Source of the DNA: Candidatus Omnitrophota bacterium
GTDB taxonomy: Bacteria > Omnitrophota > Gorgyraeia > JABMRN01 > RBG-13-46-9
NCBI GenBank assembly: GCA_043817155.1
Contig: JBDRHE010000075.1
Coordinates: 1-60,588, forward strand
DNA length: 60,588 bases
Direction: 5' to 3'
Below the pieces are notes generated by a model, which saw only the letters and a list, made by a program, of their open reading frames with translations, ran no database searches and was not told the DNA's origin. The position numbers and the translations under genes were made by a program. Shown here one piece after another: positions 58,574 to 60,588 of this stretch; the stretch's first letter is position 1; the number at the start of each line of letters is the position of its first letter.

Positions 58574-59848
58574 ATGCGCTGGACACAAACTTTAATACCG
58601 ACACTTCGCGAAGATCCTCAGGATGCCGAGATCGTAAGCCACAAACTTCTTACAAGAGGCGGCTTTATACGCAAACTGACAGCCGGAACATATTCTTACC
58701 TGCCGCTTGGTTTTAGGGTATTGTCTAAAGTCAAAAATATTATACGAGAAGAAATAAAAGCCCAAGGCGCTCTTGAAATTCTCTTGCCCGCCCTTCAGCC
58801 GATAGAGTTGTGGAAAAAAACGGGCAGAGACAAAGATTTAGAAGATGTGATGATAAAGTTTAAAGATAGACACGGTAAAATAACCTGCCTTGGCCCTACG
58901 CATGAAGAAGTTATAACCTCACTTGTGGGCAGCAACATATCTTCTTACAAACAGCTTCCTCTGATACTTTTTCAGATCCAGACAAAATTCAGAGACGAGA
59001 TCCGTCCGAGGTTTGGCATTATAAGAAGCTGCGAGTTTATAATGAAAGACGCCTACAGTTTCGATGCGGATAATGAGTCGCTCGAAAAAAATTATAAAAA
59101 AATGTACGATGCTTATTGCCGCATATTCGAAAGATGCGGCCTGCCTTATGTAGCCGTGGAAGCGGACCCGGGTGTCATGGGCGGAGGCCAGTCGCATGAA
59201 TTTATGGTTCCGGCTCCATCAGGGGAGGATACGATAGGTGTGTGCAGCGCCTGTGGTTGGGCCGCAAGTAAAGACATATTAACCAAAAATGGCGAAGTTG
59301 AGATCAAAAAGATAATCTCTTGCCCTAAATGCAAAGGAGAAATACAGGTAAAGACCGCCATAGAAATTGGACATACCTTCAAATTGGGTACAAAATACTC
59401 AAAGGTTCTTAACGCAACTTACTTGGATGCCTCAGGCGAGGCGCGTGATATTATAATGGGTTGTTACGGAATAGGTATAAATAGAATTCCCGCCTCAGCT
59501 ATTGAAGTAGGCCATGACTCTGACGGGATCATCTGGCCAAAGGCAATAAGCCCGTATGAAATTGTTGTTCTTCCATTAAATATGGCAAGTGAGCCGATCC
59601 GTAAATTTGCAGAAGAACTATACGATAAAGCAAAAAAAATGAACCTTGATGTTTTGCTGGATGATCGGCCTGATCGCGCCGGAGTAAAATTTAAAGATGC
59701 TGATCTGATCGGATTTCCCCTCCAGGTAATAGTGGGTGAGAAGAACCTCAAGAATGGCAAAATAGAGATCAAAACCAGAAAAGATAAAAAATCACAGCTA
59801 GTGGATAAGGATCGAGTTCTGGACGAGCTCAAAAAACTTTGCCTGTAA
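58574..59848 (+). CDS. proS: Prolyl-tRNA synthetase, short form lacking the INS editing domain
   Basis: From ATG 58574 (GGAG RBS): LGPTHEE, FRDEIRPRFG, IEIGHTFKLGTKYS, MGCYGIG and GVKFKDADLIG. Confidence 0.96.
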   Translation: MRWTQTLIPTLREDPQDAEIVSHKLLTRGGFIRKLTAGTYSYLPLGFRVLSKVKNIIREEIKAQGALEILLPALQPIELWKKTGRDKDLEDVMIKFKDRHGKITCLGPTHEEVITSLVGSNISSYKQLPLILFQIQTKFRDEIRPRFGIIRSCEFIMKDAYSFDADNESLEKNYKKMYDAYCRIFERCGLPYVAVEADPGVMGGGQSHEFMVPAPSGEDTIGVCSACGWAASKDILTKNGEVEIKKIISCPKCKGEIQVKTAIEIGHTFKLGTKYSKVLNATYLDASGEARDIIMGCYGIGINRIPASAIEVGHDSDGIIWPKAISPYEIVVLPLNMASEPIRKFAEELYDKAKKMNLDVLLDDRPDRAGVKFKDADLIGFPLQVIVGEKNLKNGKIEIKTRKDKKSQLVDKDRVLDELKKLCL

Positions 59849-59947
59849 AGTGATTGCATAAAAGGTACACTTCTGTTACCACAAAACTCCCGGGTTGTAG
59901 TATACTAATCATACAAGTCCTATATTTTATTTTAAATCAAATTTTTG

Positions 59948-59976
59948 TTGACATTTTCACGCCTCAGTGTTAGAAT
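59948..59976 (+). promoter_or_regulatory. Near-consensus sigma70 promoter
   Basis: TTGACA (59948-59953), 17-nt spacer, TAGAAT (59971-59976); AGGAGG RBS follows. Confidence 0.8.
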
Positions 59977-59998
59977 AAATAAACAATAGGAGGCCGCT

Positions 59999-60588
59999 AT
60001 GAAAAGCCTAATTTTTAAGTCCAAGTTTTTTAAATGTTTTACTCTTCTAGTTTTATTCTCTGCCCTTACTTTCACCTCCGCCCTCGCTAATAGCCTTCCA
60101 CAAGCAGGTACAGTAACTCCAAGCAGCGGTTCATCATTAGAAGGGGAAACTGTAACCTTTGCTACAACATGTACAGACTCAGATGGTTATCAAGACATCA
60201 AGACAACACTATTACTGGTAAATACAAAAGCACAAGCCAAAACCGGAGTCTGTGTATACTACAACAGGCAAAAGAATAAACTCTATCTGCTACAGCTTGG
60301 AAGCGGATATATAGGAGGATATGCGCCAGGTTCAGCTAACACAATTACAAATGGTTACGCCACACTTGACTGCTCCAGGACCACAGTATCAGGATCCGGT
60401 AATACCCTTACCATCAACTGGAACATAACCTTCAAAGATGCCTTCATGGGCAGGAACTACTACACTTATCTCTATGCTACAGACAATACCAACGCAGGCA
60501 CAGGCTGGCAGGCAAAAGGCACCTGGAACCTAAACCATCATAGCCCTCAAACAGGTACAATCACTCCAAACAGTGGAAGCTCCTTCCC
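59999..60588 (+). CDS. 5' part of a secreted protein with repeated beta-rich (Ig-like) domains, truncated by the window end
   Basis: Open frame from ATG 59999 with no stop. Signal peptide MKSLIFK...TSALA, then NSLPQAGTVTPSSGSS..., with a second unit starting NHHSPQTGTITPNSGSS about 148 aa later. Confidence 0.85.
   Translation, partial: MKSLIFKSKFFKCFTLLVLFSALTFTSALANSLPQAGTVTPSSGSSLEGETVTFATTCTDSDGYQDIKTTLLLVNTKAQAKTGVCVYYNRQKNKLYLLQLGSGYIGGYAPGSANTITNGYATLDCSRTTVSGSGNTLTINWNITFKDAFMGRNYYTYLYATDNTNAGTGWQAKGTWNLNHHSPQTGTITPNSGSSF

Overview
A 60.6-kb stretch of core bacterial chromosome with every credible gene on the + strand. It holds ilvD-ilvB-ilvH-ilvC-leuA, aroE-pilD-aroC-aroK, dprA-topA-xerC, a large LPS/Kdo cluster (waaA, lpxK, two LpxL-family acyltransferases, four GT9 domains, rfaE1, kdsBADC, lptC/A-lptB) with queDCEF embedded, tig-clpP, an aminotransferase, serA, a probable Re-citrate synthase, purA, a membrane pyrophosphatase, an OmpA-family lipoprotein, uppS-cdsA-dxr-rseP-ispG-proS, and the start of a secreted repeat protein cut off by the window edge. 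Gene content and the terminal repeat protein suggest a diderm such as Candidatus Omnitrophota (inference, no search run). The genes are mostly ordinary; the intergenic DNA is not. Most spacers between these co-directional genes are filled with gene-less palindromic elements from at least a dozen sequence families. One class has arms made of degenerate 7-10-nt tandem units facing their reverse complement; another consists of REP-like hairpins. The elements are nested inside each other up to four layers deep. Unrelated hairpins sit at exactly the same bond (GAGATTG^CTTCGG) of a host repeat, arm stems show compensatory base changes, several gene stop codons lie inside repeat arms, and one locus holds a diverged 49-bp copy of a gene end found 3.1 kb downstream. 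No transposase, nuclease, CRISPR array, tRNA or rRNA is visible in the window. This multi-family nested repeat system is the best candidate for an undescribed system here. All identities come from motif recognition and manual reading only.
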